A stretch of DNA of 57,914 nt, counting the filler, from Gonapodya sp. JEL0774 (lineage: Eukaryota): assembly GCA_027604505.1 (NCBI GenBank). It is 4 parts of 4 records of this genome, joined end to end, with 100 filler letters (N's around TTAATTAATTAA, not from the genome) between each part and the next. Parts side by side here need not be neighbours in the genome. Positions count along the whole stretch, not along the records: positions 14,630 to 29,052 come from JADIIX010000312.1; positions 29,153 to 43,518 come from JADIIX010000313.1; 2 more parts are not named here. One strand, 5' to 3'. How positions within the stretch are numbered: position 1 is the first letter of the stretch; the number at the start of each line of letters is the position of its first letter. A program made the position numbers and the translations under genes. Positions 26,101 to 36,913 of this stretch are shown in pieces. The notes under the pieces are model-generated. The model searched no databases. It was not told where the DNA came from and was given only the letters and a program-made list of their open reading frames with translations.

Positions 26101-27607
26101 TCATGTGAAAACATGGTTTCCCAGTCGCAATTTATACCCGTTCGCAAAGTCAGTTGCTGAGACATCTCTCTTGTACTGCACTCGAACTGTTTTGACCCCT
26201 ACCCAACCGTCTGCGCATCGAACAAGGAGCAGCTTTGACTCCTTCACGTAAACTACTGACCCAACTTGGTAGGACGTGACGGAAGGTGCCCCTTTGACAT
26301 TGTCAACCTCAGTAGGTGACACGACTTTCATTAACTGGACATCGAGACCGTTGTATGTGGTGTAGGGTGGTTCCTGAGCCATATTTGAACATTCTTCACA
26401 CATTAACCAGTTCAACCAGACCAAGGAACACACCTGATGTCCAATCGCCCTGTACAAATCATACACCTGGACCCTTGACATAGAAGCCCAAGAGATTCTC
26501 GCCATTGACTTGGTGATTTTTGGTGCAAGAGTTGCGACAGAATCGTCTTGTACAAGAGCAGATAACTTTCGGTGAACGGAATTAACAGAGATTAAGAGAT
26601 CCACCGCGAATCTCAGAATTCACTTTGTGTATCTCCAGATCTCGAATTGTTTGTACCAGTAGTGTTGCACCCAATTCAGCAAGTTGATCACGCAGTTCCT
26701 TGAAGTCGGCGTTGGGATGGATTGACTGCAAAACGGAATCACACCACGTTCCACTTCATTTTCAGTACTGAAGCACCTTACTGTTTTAGTTGACTTCAAA
26801 ATTCGACCTGCGTCCCATCGATGCGGGTGCAACTCTATCACCGAAACCCCTGTTTCAGAGTCACCGTGAATCAAAGCATGTTGGATCGGAGCCGCACCCC
26901 GATATCTTCATTCGCGCACATTGTACCACATTGGGAAAACTTTTGCTGTGTGGCAAGCCCACTTTCCGATTCAATCACTACTAACTCACTTTGGAAGGAG
27001 TGACGGGTGGACATTCACAGCTCCATCACGAAAAGAACCAATGAGCGTATGGGGCAGAAAGTAGCCAAACGAAACCACCACTGCCAGATCAAAGGGCGCA
27101 GTGCCGTCCGCCGTTTCCCTCAAGGGAGCCTGAAGTGGATGGCAAGTACGATTCCATGCTCGGTGCACAAAAAGAAGAGTTACACTGTTTACTGCTGACC
27201 TGCCATCCTCTGAGAGTCTTTGGTGGAGCCTTGTGTACCTGGAGACCGACTTCCTCGGCAAATATACGGACAGAATCTGGAATGGTCAACTTCTGAGAGC
27301 TATTCATTGTGTAAGCCACCATTCTGCAGTCCCTCACTTGTTGAGCCGATCGATGAGGGTACAACAACATCTAGTCTGGATATCCAGCGTTCTAAGTGAT
27401 GTAGGGTTTTCAGTCCCATATCCGTTCAACAGCGCTCCTCAGAAATTTAAACGCACCATTTGTGAGACTTCGCAGCGAGGGCAATGAGAACTCATCAGAT
27501 CCCATAAAAAGCACGGTATAGCGCCTCCGGATGCACTGGTTCACACCGCGTACTGGGATCCCAAGAACAGAGCTTGCCCTTGATGGTAAACTGAGCACAA
27601 GTCTCAT
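26101..27607 (-). CDS. FMT1: Mitochondrial methionyl-tRNA formyltransferase
   Basis: VLFMGSDEFSLPSL, DLAVVVSFGYFLP, NVHPSLLPK/YRGAAPIQHALIHGDSETGVS, LAPKITK, and SATDFANGY. Confidence 0.95.
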
Positions 27608-28402
27608 TATCGCGTGGGCGGAAATGAGCGCAGCGAGCAGGAGCGAGCAGGAGCGAAATTTTAGGGATGAAACAGAAATACAGCAGTGCGGGAACTCCGA
27701 TCAATTGCACCGGGATGGAGACTCGCAACACAGCGTGACGAGGTTCTTCTAGGTCCATGTAGGTTCCTACATCACTTTTGAAAGATTTCATTTCTCGGCT
27801 TATAGAGGAGCTAGAGGTTTTTAAAAATGAAGATGGAGTTTCTATTATATGAATGTTCTGCTGAGTAAAACTATTCAAAATGAAGTTCTATCTAGTCTTG
27901 GGAGCGCCTTAGAGCAATGAGCTGAATATGCGGTCGAAGCGCAGATCATCAGACGGTATTGGGGGGTTAAGATGCAGTTAATCGAGCGTGAAAGTAGTGA
28001 ACACAGCTAAATCTGCTTTATCCGGTGACCACAGCACCACCCGATGTTGTTGCTGCGTCCTTGGTTGGGCAGCCGCATTGCACTTCATGCAAAAAGGCTT
28101 GCCAGAGCAAAGCGCCTGGAACCACTGGGTGGGTATGCTATTATAGTTTCTCCTTCCCATCAATTCCCATCAATTGCACTTTGCAAAAACAGTTCAGAGA
28201 TGTCAAAGATAGTGCACGTCCTTGTCTGTGCAACTCAGTGTATTACAACTCTGGCGCCCTCATCTATGTGCAGCAGACTATCATCACGTTTTTTACACCC
28301 CCCACGCTGGAGAGCACCCCCACCCCTAGATCAATAATATGGAAGACAAATATTTGTATCAAAAGTGTATTAAAAAACTATGCCATGATATAAGTCTTAA
28401 GT

Positions 28403-29052
28403 CTATACGGACCCAGCGCTCCGACCGCTTCTGAGCTGTATCCCACTTGCATTCCCCCTTCTCCCGTGACCACCTCGCGTGTTCCCACTTGCACTACCTC
28501 TCCTCATCCCGTGACCACCCCAGTTTGCCCCCCGTGTTGGTATGAGTCGTTGACACTTTGGTTCGGGTTCTAGTCAAATAGAGACAGTAAGAAGAGACCA
28601 GTCAGTGACCAACAGGGCAAGAATGTGTACTCACCAGAGTCCGACTCCTGAGCACGTTGACGGTGAGCTCCCCTGGCTGCAGGTGCGGGAGGTTGGACAG
28701 GAGGTCGGGTAGGCTGTGGAGTCAATTTACGCTTCAGAGCATCTTCATCCAAATAGACAATGTTAAACAACAACAGCCTTGTTCAAGTAAAATGCAAACT
28801 TACCATCGTATTTGCTCTCCTCCTCACTGTCCCCCTTGTCCACATCTGCAGGCTCCCCCTGGTCATCTTCACCTTTGCCTTCATCCCCTTTGTCACCCTC
28901 ACCTTCATCACCATTGTCACTATCGCCTTCATCCCCATCGTTGATCATATCCTTGTCGGATGGGGTCTCTTCATTGGTGTGACTACCTGCAAAACACAGC
29001 AGTTGAGCAGACCAAACAGTAGAAGTAACAAGAGTTTGGATGCATACCTTCG
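28403..29052 (-). pseudogene. 3' end of a decayed gene with an acidic G-D-E tract and an RGG-like tail (possibly TE-associated), cut by the scaffold end
   Basis: Exons NDGDEGDSDNGDEGEGDKGDEGKGEDD / DEDALKRKLTPQP...QESDS / EPEPKCQR...WGGHGMRRGSASGNTRGGHGRRG*. One expected acceptor reads TTTGG instead of TTTAG (~28750). A 42-bp internal repeat lies at 28441/28483. Confidence 0.5.
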
Positions 29053-29152
29053 NNNNNNNNNNNNNNNNNNNNNNNNNNNNNNNNNNNNNNNNNNNNTTAA
29101 TTAATTAANNNNNNNNNNNNNNNNNNNNNNNNNNNNNNNNNNNNNNNNNNNN
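29053..29152. other. Artificial scaffold linker (44N-TTAATTAATTAA-44N)
   Basis: Same 100-nt spacer as at 14530. Confidence 0.97.
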
Positions 29153-29237
29153 GAGTACGTGAGTGGTTTTGGAATGGATGATGACTAAGGCGGGTCGAGG
29201 AGTCACATAACACTTCGATATTGGTCTGACCCGAAGC

Positions 29238-29924
29238 GATCGTTTACAACACATCCGCTTACGACTCACTCGAGAGTCTTGAACTCCTCGATGGGCTAGT
29301 TGATATATATATGCCAGATTTCAAGGTTGGGTTCCCACTGCGCTGGGGGCCTCCGTTCAGTATGACCACTCAACTTCCATGGTCTCCCTCGCAGGTGTGG
29401 ACCGACTCCTCCTCTCTCCGTCTTCTCAAAGCTCGTGACTACCCTGCACACGCCCGTGCCGCACTGTTGGAAATGAACAGGCAAGTGGGATTCCTCCGAT
29501 TCGATCCTACGTCCGGATTGGCGCGGGAAGGTTTGCTCGTGCGACACCTCGTCATGCCTGGATTGGAGGAAGAAGGCGCGAATATCATGCGATGGCTGGC
29601 GGAAAATCTAGGTCGGGACTGTTACGTGCACATCATGGAGCAATACCGGCCCGACGCAAATGGTACGTGAAACATGTGAAAGTGGATGCACCCATGATTC
29701 GTTTCGTACGATTCTCACCGCGCCTTTTTGATACAGTCGGCAAAATGGAAAACCGTCAGCGAAAGCCAGGCCTGTCAGATACCGCAAAGGTGGCAGAGCG
29801 TGTCCGATACCGCGAGATCAACCGACCAGTCTCGCAAGCAGAAGTCGCTTACGTCCGCCGCGCTGCGGAGCAAGCAGGGTTGTTTCGATTCGAAGGAGAT
29901 GTAGATTCTACGGTGTACAGATAG
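29238..29924 (+). CDS. PflX-type radical SAM protein (pyruvate formate-lyase activating enzyme-like, COG1313), 3' part
   Basis: IVYNTSAYDSLESLELLDGLVDIYMPDFK / ...YPAHARAALLEMNRQVG...GLLVRHLVMPG...IMRWLAENL...HIMEQYRP / ...YREINRPVSQAEV...AEQAGL. Introns at 29326-29394 and ~29663-29737. The 5' part with CxxxCxxC lies outside this scaffold. Confidence 0.88.
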
Positions 29925-30120
29925 TGTTTTTGATTGACCAACTTCGCTCTTCGCATTCGTCACCTTCGCCGTGTTTTTTTCCTTCACCGGGCGCATCTTC
30001 GTCCTGAAACTCTTCTCACCTGATCGTCCACACCACTTCACTGGGTTGACCTGTTTCCTCTCGATTCCTTTTGAAACTCCGATCCATCGTCCTGATCGAT
30101 TCCCTCTGCTGCCTTCGGTC

Positions 30121-31083
30121 ATGTCCGCTCCCCAATCCCCCCCCGAGCCCGTCCACGCCAACCTGGGCGGCGACCCCATTCTGGCCGCCTTCCACGCCGC
30201 CTTTGCCGAAGCCGAGCTCCACTTCCGTCACGGCGACGCCCCCACTGCCTTGTCAAAGTACAACGCCGCACTCGACGTCCGCCCGGGCGACCGAGCCGTC
30301 CTCCTTGCCCGATCCCGCTGCTTGCTCTCCCTCGGCCTCCCCGCGCAGGCCCTCAAAGACGCCGATGCGCTTCTGGCCGTCGAAAAGGAAAACCCTCGAG
30401 CGATCTTGTTGCGGGCAGAGGCGCTGTACGCGTCGGGGGACTTTGAAAACGCACTGGTGTGGTTCCACCGAGGGGCCCGGATCAAGCCAGAGTTGGACGA
30501 GTTCCGGCTGGGTATACAAAAGGCACAAGAATCCGTAATGAACGGGATCGGAATCGACCCGGACCCGGCGCCCAAGGTCGAGGTGGCGGCTCTGCCCGCG
30601 GCAGCGGCGGGTGCTGCCAAGCGACACCGACGCAACACGGTCCTGGAAGGCGCGCTGCGTCAAGCAGCGCTCAAGGCATCCCTCGCAAACGGTTCCGATA
30701 TCGACGCTGCGAAAAAGCCCAAACCGTCTGCCCGTGCCGTTGGCGGCCCAAAGTCACCTTCTCAACCATCCAAACCTTCCAAAACCGTGGCGCTCGCCTC
30801 ACAACCCCCCCTGGACCCTCCCAACGGCCAACTCCACCGGGACCACATCTACCTGGGCCCACTCTCTGTGGACAAGGCGTACCTCCAAGACCTCCTTGCC
30901 GACCCGTCGTTCGTGCACAACCCCAACGAAGAGGTGATGGAGCTGGCGAGGAAGGGTGTCAAGTTTTTGGAAGAGCGGTGCGAGTTTTGGAGGAGGAGGT
31001 TGGGGAGCAGTGCGGAGACGAGGGGGCCCACGCCGATCGCGGTGAGGGGGACCAGGAAGTTGTCAAAGACGGGCAAGGCGTGA
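30121..31083 (+). CDS. ODAD4: TPR protein, outer dynein arm docking complex subunit 4 (TTC25)-like, short intronless form
   Basis: LLARSRCLLSLG..ALKDA, AILLRAEALYASGDFENALVWFHRGARIKPELDEFRLGIQKAQESV and LGPLSVDKAYLQDLL...GVKFLEERCEFWRR parallel the N-terminal half of TTC25. Confidence 0.85.
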   Translation: MSAPQSPPEPVHANLGGDPILAAFHAAFAEAELHFRHGDAPTALSKYNAALDVRPGDRAVLLARSRCLLSLGLPAQALKDADALLAVEKENPRAILLRAEALYASGDFENALVWFHRGARIKPELDEFRLGIQKAQESVMNGIGIDPDPAPKVEVAALPAAAAGAAKRHRRNTVLEGALRQAALKASLANGSDIDAAKKPKPSARAVGGPKSPSQPSKPSKTVALASQPPLDPPNGQLHRDHIYLGPLSVDKAYLQDLLADPSFVHNPNEEVMELARKGVKFLEERCEFWRRRLGSSAETRGPTPIAVRGTRKLSKTGKA

Positions 31084-31167
31084 ATATTCCGTGTCACTTG
31101 CAGCACCGAGCCAACTATAATTCATATTTCTGTTCAAAATGTACAATACGTAATGAGCTGCACTTGC

Positions 31168-33327
31168 CTACCGCACTCTCACCACCACAACACCCCCCCG
31201 CCCATCCTTCCCCTTCCCCTCCCTCCACGCCCACCCCTCCTCATTCAACATCCGCGCCACAGCCTCGAACACTTTACTCCCCCCTTTCGCCGTCGCCCCG
31301 GGCACGGGCTTTCCGCCATCGTACCTCTGCGAATGGTGCCCTGTCCCCGTGACCGCCACAACGTGCCCCACGAAGCGCGCATTTCTGAGTGACGAGAGCT
31401 CGAGGGACAACTTTGACACCGCTTCGTGGGGTAGCAGGCCGTGCAGGTCGAGGGCGCGGGTGGGAGTGGGGGTGGAGGTGGGGTCAGCGCTTCCGGCCGC
31501 ACCTCCGCTGGTGTGGGATTGCGATTGCGATTGCGCCAGACGGCGGTTTCGAGAGGCGAAGATGCGCTCCGAGGCCCGTGCGTGGGCCTGCCGGGAGAGT
31601 TCTTGGTGGTGGTGGCCGAGCCGGGCCATTTCCTGTTTGCGAGCGGGGCGGTGGGCGGTGGGGCGGGGGTGGTGGTGGTGGTGGGTGAGATTTTCGAGTT
31701 GTTTGAGTACAATCGCTCCCCACCCCTCTGCACCGTACCCTTTCGATACACCCACCTTGGCCCCCCTCCCATCCCCCCTGCGCACCATCTCCGCCGCCAT
31801 CTGGAAACACCTATTCCTCGCCACGGCGTGCTGCTCGGCGTCGTTGCGCTCCTTTAGAAACTCGGCGGACGCGGCGGATCCCGTGGGGAGCCAGGGGAGG
31901 GAGGCGGGATCGGGATGGTGGGTGAGTGGGGGAGGGGCAGGAGGGAGCGGTTTTGTGGGGACTGGTGGGGTGGGCCGCGGAGGTGGGGTGGAGGGTGGAA
32001 TGGCGGCGGCGGCGGCGGAGAAGGTGGACGGGCGGGCGGTGACGTGGGGGGCTGAAGGAGCGGTTCTGGACTTTGCCTTTTTGGCCGTGATCTGCACCGC
32101 AGAGAGCGATGGGAACTGTTCGCCCGTCCTCGTGGTCGTGATCGTCGTCGTCGTCCTTGTCGTCCCGTTCGCGGTCGAGTGCTTCGTGGCCGTGGCCGGT
32201 GTCGACGAGGGAGCTTCTCGTGACTCCGACTCCGACTGGAGTCCTCGCAGCCCACCACCCCTTGGCGAATTCGCAGGTCCACCTCTCGTGGGTGCCAAAC
32301 TCGGAAACTCTTTCGCCGACCCAAGTTGTACGTCGGGCGGCGCGTGCTCGGGTTTGGATGACGGGGCCGGGGCGCGCGCTTTGGGAGCGGCGGTGGCGGG
32401 GTTACCGGCAGGCGGCAGCGACGGTACGGCGTGGAGGAACTCGCAGGGGTCTTTGAAACTATCCGCGCACCGAGGCACACAAGAAAAAGGGAGAGCGGTG
32501 CGCGACTGGGTTGGCTGCGAGGCAACGTGTGGGTCCCCAATACCGAACGAAACGCAACCCACCATCCATTCGCTAACCAGAACCTAATCGAGGGGGGTGG
32601 GGGGTGGGGGGGGCGCATGCACCGGCGGGCTAGGTCAGCGTGTCACTTCCATTATACCCAATCTCGAATTCCAGCACAGCGTGGCCCGCCTTTGCCTCGA
32701 TTTCCATCACGCATTCACCCCACCCACCACCCACCGACACACCATGGCACCCAAATCGTGCGAAAACCCACAATCAGCCCTGCCGCACCACCCCGCAAGG
32801 TAAAATTTGCACGGGCCTGCGGCGGCAGCGGCAGGGTTCCTGACTGATGCATTTTCGGTCCGTCCTCTGGTCGTACCGGTACCGGTATTCGAGAGCAGCT
32901 CCTCCACCGCACCGTCCCAGTCCCACCCGTGCCGCTCGAGGGCCGCCACGACGGTGGAGGGCGGTACCGAGGGGAAAATGATCGCCAGGAGGTCCTGGGC
33001 GGTGGGTTGGGGAGGTAAGGCGTCCCGGTCGTCATCCTGGTCCTGGTCCTCGTCGAGGAATGCGAGCGTGCCGTACGGTAAAACCTTGTCCAAGGCTTCG
33101 GACAAAAAGGGGTCTGGATCGTCCTGGACCGTGTCGATCCGGGCGGGAATCGGTTCTTGATCCCAGTCGTACTCCGTGTCCCCCCCGCGCCTTTCAAAGA
33201 AGGACGAGCCGACCACCGGGCTCGCTACGCCGGGCAGATGCGATTCAGTGGGCGCAGGCGTGGGCGTGGGCGTGGACCAGGATGGCAGGAAGTCGGGGGC
33301 GTCGGGGTTGAAGGTTGTGGAGGTCAT
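31168..33327 (-). CDS. PAM2-CUE-2xCCCH-DUF1771-Smr domain protein (Smr endonuclease, mRNA quality-control type)
   Basis: PAM2 FNPDAPDFLP; CUE DLLAIIFPSVPPSTVVAALERHGWDWDGAVEELL; CCCH fingers CKFYLAGWCGRADCGFSH and spliced CRFWLANGCADSFKDPCEFLH; DUF1771 RNRCFQMA...AHARASERIF; Smr LDLHGL...VTGTGHHS. Confidence 0.92.
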
Positions 33328-33539
33328 GGCGGGGGTGATATGTAGATTCGTGGATCCGATTGGGTCGACGTCACTTGCATCATGAGCATAAAACTCTTGC
33401 AAATTCACGAATTGAAACACTAGATACAACAGTCAACACCAACACTCCAACTCCACTTCACACATCTGCCCTTCAAAAAATCCCCTCGGCAACCCCCCAC
33501 CAAACCCCCTTCCCCCGTTCTTCCCCTCCGAGCGCCCCC

Positions 33540-34611
33540 TCAAAACTTCTCCGTAAACGGCCTCACATCCACCTCAAGCGACCACACACTCGCATGCTGC
33601 TTGTGCAGGTGCCAGTACGTGTCCGCGATGGCGTCCGGGTCGAGCTGCTTGGTGGCGTCGAAGGTTCCCGAGGCGCCGATGCTGCCGTCGACGATCTGGA
33701 GGGGTGGGGTTGGAGTATGGTTGGCATGGTGGTACAGCGACACCAGGAGCTGCTACCTGCAATCGAGATGGGAGTTCCATTGCAACACCCACCACATCCG
33801 CCACGTGCACCCCCTGTGGTCCAAACTCCCTCGCCAACGACTGCGTCAGAGCCCTCTTGCCGAAATTCCCGCTGGCAAAGGCAGAGAACCGGTTACCGCC
33901 ACGGAGCATGGCCGTGGCGCCGGTGACGATGAGCGTGCCCCGGTGGTGAGGGGCCGTGGGGAGGGGTTCCTGGGTGAGGAAGACGGGGATGACCTGGGAG
34001 GGAGGCAAACGGGTGTTGGTGGGCGGGAGGAGCGAATTGTCATTTCGGTATCTCAACGAGATCAAACTTCCATGTACAGATCCCGACCCCCGTACTCCCC
34101 ACTGTACGCACCTCCTTAGCGGCCACGACCAGTCCCTTCACATTGACGTCCAAACTCTTCTGAAACGTCTCCAGCGGCGTTTCCAAAAAGGGCCCTGGGG
34201 GGAACCCCGCTGCGGCGTTGTAGACGACCAGGTCGAGTCGCTGGCCCGAAAAGTCGGACAGGAAGCGCTTGATGGACGTGGAGAGCGAGGTAGGGTCGGA
34301 CACGTCGGCGGAGTAGGGTTGGATCTAGGAAGGTGGGTGGGGGGGTTATGTCACATACATCCGTCGGTTGAGCTTTCGAACAGGATGAAGATGGGATCGG
34401 CTCCCCCTCAAGCCGACCCCGACCGACCCCGACCAAAACCCGCGCAACCCACCGTCCCCTTCCACCCTCCCTTGACGCCCTCGTCCCTCAAGGTGTTTGC
34501 AAAGTCTGTGGACCTGGCGAAGACACCGGTGGTCAAGCCTTCTCGTGCGAACCTGCGGGCAGCTGCTGCGCCGAGCTTTGGGCCGACACCGATGACGATG
34601 GCGAGGGGCAT
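33540..34611 (-). CDS. Short-chain dehydrogenase/reductase (atypical subgroup)
   Basis: IVIGVGPKLGAAAARRFAREG, LDLVVYNA, GTLIVTGATAMLRG, RALTQSLAREFGPQGVHVA, and LDPDAIADTYWHLHKQ...EVDVRPFTEKF*. Confidence 0.93.
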
Positions 34612-35089
34612 TGTGGGAGAGTGTGTGGGAATGGGAATGGGAATGGGAATGGGGAGTGTGGTGGTGGGAATGGGGCTGTTTTATATTGCGTGATTTGTTG
34701 TCGTCAGATGGTCGGGGATGGTTTCGAAACGAGACCGAGGCCACAGCAGAGCCGTAGAGAAGGGAACTTCTTCAATCACACGCATTCGTGCGGTTACATA
34801 ATATTACATAATCATTCGTCAAGAAACATTTCATGGACTCGTTTGTTGTCGTTGTGTCGCAAAAGGTGACAAGAAAACCGCGAATGCATAATGAGTCCGG
34901 TCATGCATGTGTCCAAACTCAGCCACGTAAATGCAAATGCAAATAAATTGTAATTTCTGCCAATGTATTGCAGTTTGCACAATGCACAGCTTAAAAGCTA
35001 AACCTCATCTCATCCCACCCATCGAGACTTGCAAATGCAAAACACACTCCCATCCCCATTCAAATATCCCGTACTAACCCGCTCCCCGC

Positions 35090-36913
35090 CTACCACCACT
35101 CCCCCTCGCTGCTCTCCCCACTCCCACTCCCGCTCCTGCTCCCGTGCCCACCCCACGGCCGTCCCCTATACCTCGCACCCCCTGCAGCTCCGTCCTGCCA
35201 CCCCGCCTGACTTTGACCCTGTCCTTGTCCTTGCCCCTCCCACCCATTCCGTCCATCGAATCCGGCGCCCCACGCGTGCTGGGCAGGACCCCACCCGTAC
35301 CCCCCGTACCCCGCCCCCGCCCCCGCCGGCCCCCACCGCCGCATCCACCGCCTCTTCATCCCCCTGACGCCGGAAAAGATCGACGAGATCACGATGGGAA
35401 CCACGAGCCACCACACCGCGCGGAACCCGAACAGGACCAGACTCAGCGGGGCCAACGTGCCCAGCAGCACGCTCGCCTTTCCCTTCCCTCGTCGGCCTCC
35501 TCGCCCGTGGGTCCCGTACCGTCTCGCCATCCACACCGCGGCCAATACGGCCGGTACAGCGGCCATGGCACGGGAAACGGTGTGGAAGGCGGCGATGAGG
35601 ATCGGGAGGGCCACGATGGGGTGGAAGGCAGCGCGGGGGATCGCGAAGCTGAGCGAGTTGGGCGAGTGGGGGAGGTGGAGGGTGAGCGAGGGGGTTGTTG
35701 CCGGGGTGGTGGAAGGGGGGCCATGAGAGGGGGCAGAAGGGGTGGTTGGGAGAATGGGGGCCAGGTGGGTGGCGAGCAAGGTGCCGATCTGGCAGAGCGA
35801 TTGACGGGACGGAATGCGATCAAGACGATGAGAGTGGACGGGGTGAGCTCGAGCACGTACACGCATTGCGGTCTCTCCGGTGTCTCCCCCCCAAAAGTCA
35901 CCCAGTACCCACCTCACCCCCGATCCTCCTCACTCCCTCGAAAAACTCTTCGCCGTCCCCACCGCCATCCCTCGCCTCTTCCCCGTCTCGCCGTCCTGCA
36001 TCCCCGACTGTCACGCCGCCGCTCCGGCCATCGCCCACGAACTCCGTGACGGCCGCCAAAGGGGCGGGAGTGGACGCAGGCGGTGAAGGTGAAGAGATGG
36101 GGTCCGCGAGGGGGAGCGTGGTGAGCGGGGGGACCGGGGGGTAGATGGAGGGTACGGTGGTGGAGGGCTGGTTGGTCGGGGCGGGAGAGGTTGCCATGTT
36201 GAGCTCCGTCGATCCTCGTAGCCGGTACGCGAGGACCGGCACACCGCGCGTGACTCGACTCACCTCACTACCACCAACCCCTTTCCCGGTCCCCTCCCCC
36301 TCCCCGTCGACGTGCACCTCGAACCTCACCACATCCACACCGGTACCAGATGGATCGGCAGAGAGAGTGGCAGTGTGAGGTGGGAACAACAGGTCCCTGA
36401 GTTCACTGGTGGATGCGAGAGAGACGGAGTCACCTGGATCACACGCGCGTGCACGTCGGGTGGGGTGGGTCATGCAGAAATGGGGATGGAGATGGAGAAG
36501 AAGATGGGTGAGAAAGAGGGACGGCGGAGCGAACACGACGCGAGATCACAAGGACAGCGGGATGGCAAAAGAGGAATCAAAGACCCACCGTCGTCGTCCT
36601 TGTAGACCAGGGTGAAGGATGCGGTCGGAGGGAGACGGAAGAGCAGTTTGATCTACGGAAGTGGCGGGTGGGGATGGGGAGGGTGGGATGGAGATGGGCG
36701 GTGTGAACGACACTGCATGCATGACGTAGCCCCACGTCCCCCCCACCCCCCACAACCCCCTTCACCCAGACCCACCTGGCCCTCCACATCTGCCCACTCT
36801 GCGTCCCTGTCGATGGCGACCTTGCGAGTGACGGAGTCTTTGGACAGTTTGACCGCACGTGAGCCTGCCGCGGATATTGGTGGGATCAGTGAGTGTGTTG
36901 GTATTTGAGTCAT
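35090..36913 (-). CDS. PB1-domain membrane protein with two long hydrophobic segments and a Gly/Trp-rich tail (uncharacterised)
   Basis: Spliced exons give RAVKLSKDSVTRKVAIDRDAEWADVEGQ / IKLLFRLPPTASFTLVYKDDD / GDSVSLASTSELRDLL (PB1 basic Lys plus OPCA DDDGD). Then a Pro/Thr linker, two hydrophobic stretches, and a WG/GW-rich C-terminus ending EGEWW*. Confidence 0.75.

Noticed and set aside
31349..32618. Long overlapping ORFs (412 aa on +, 254 aa on -) and similar ORFs at 30459-31352 and 35144-36049
   Set aside because: These are shadow frames of GC-rich real genes, with low-complexity translations and no domain motifs.
34625..34652. (GGGAAT)n hexamer as a telomeric repeat
   Set aside because: Only about four internal copies just upstream of the SDR start codon; an ordinary microsatellite.
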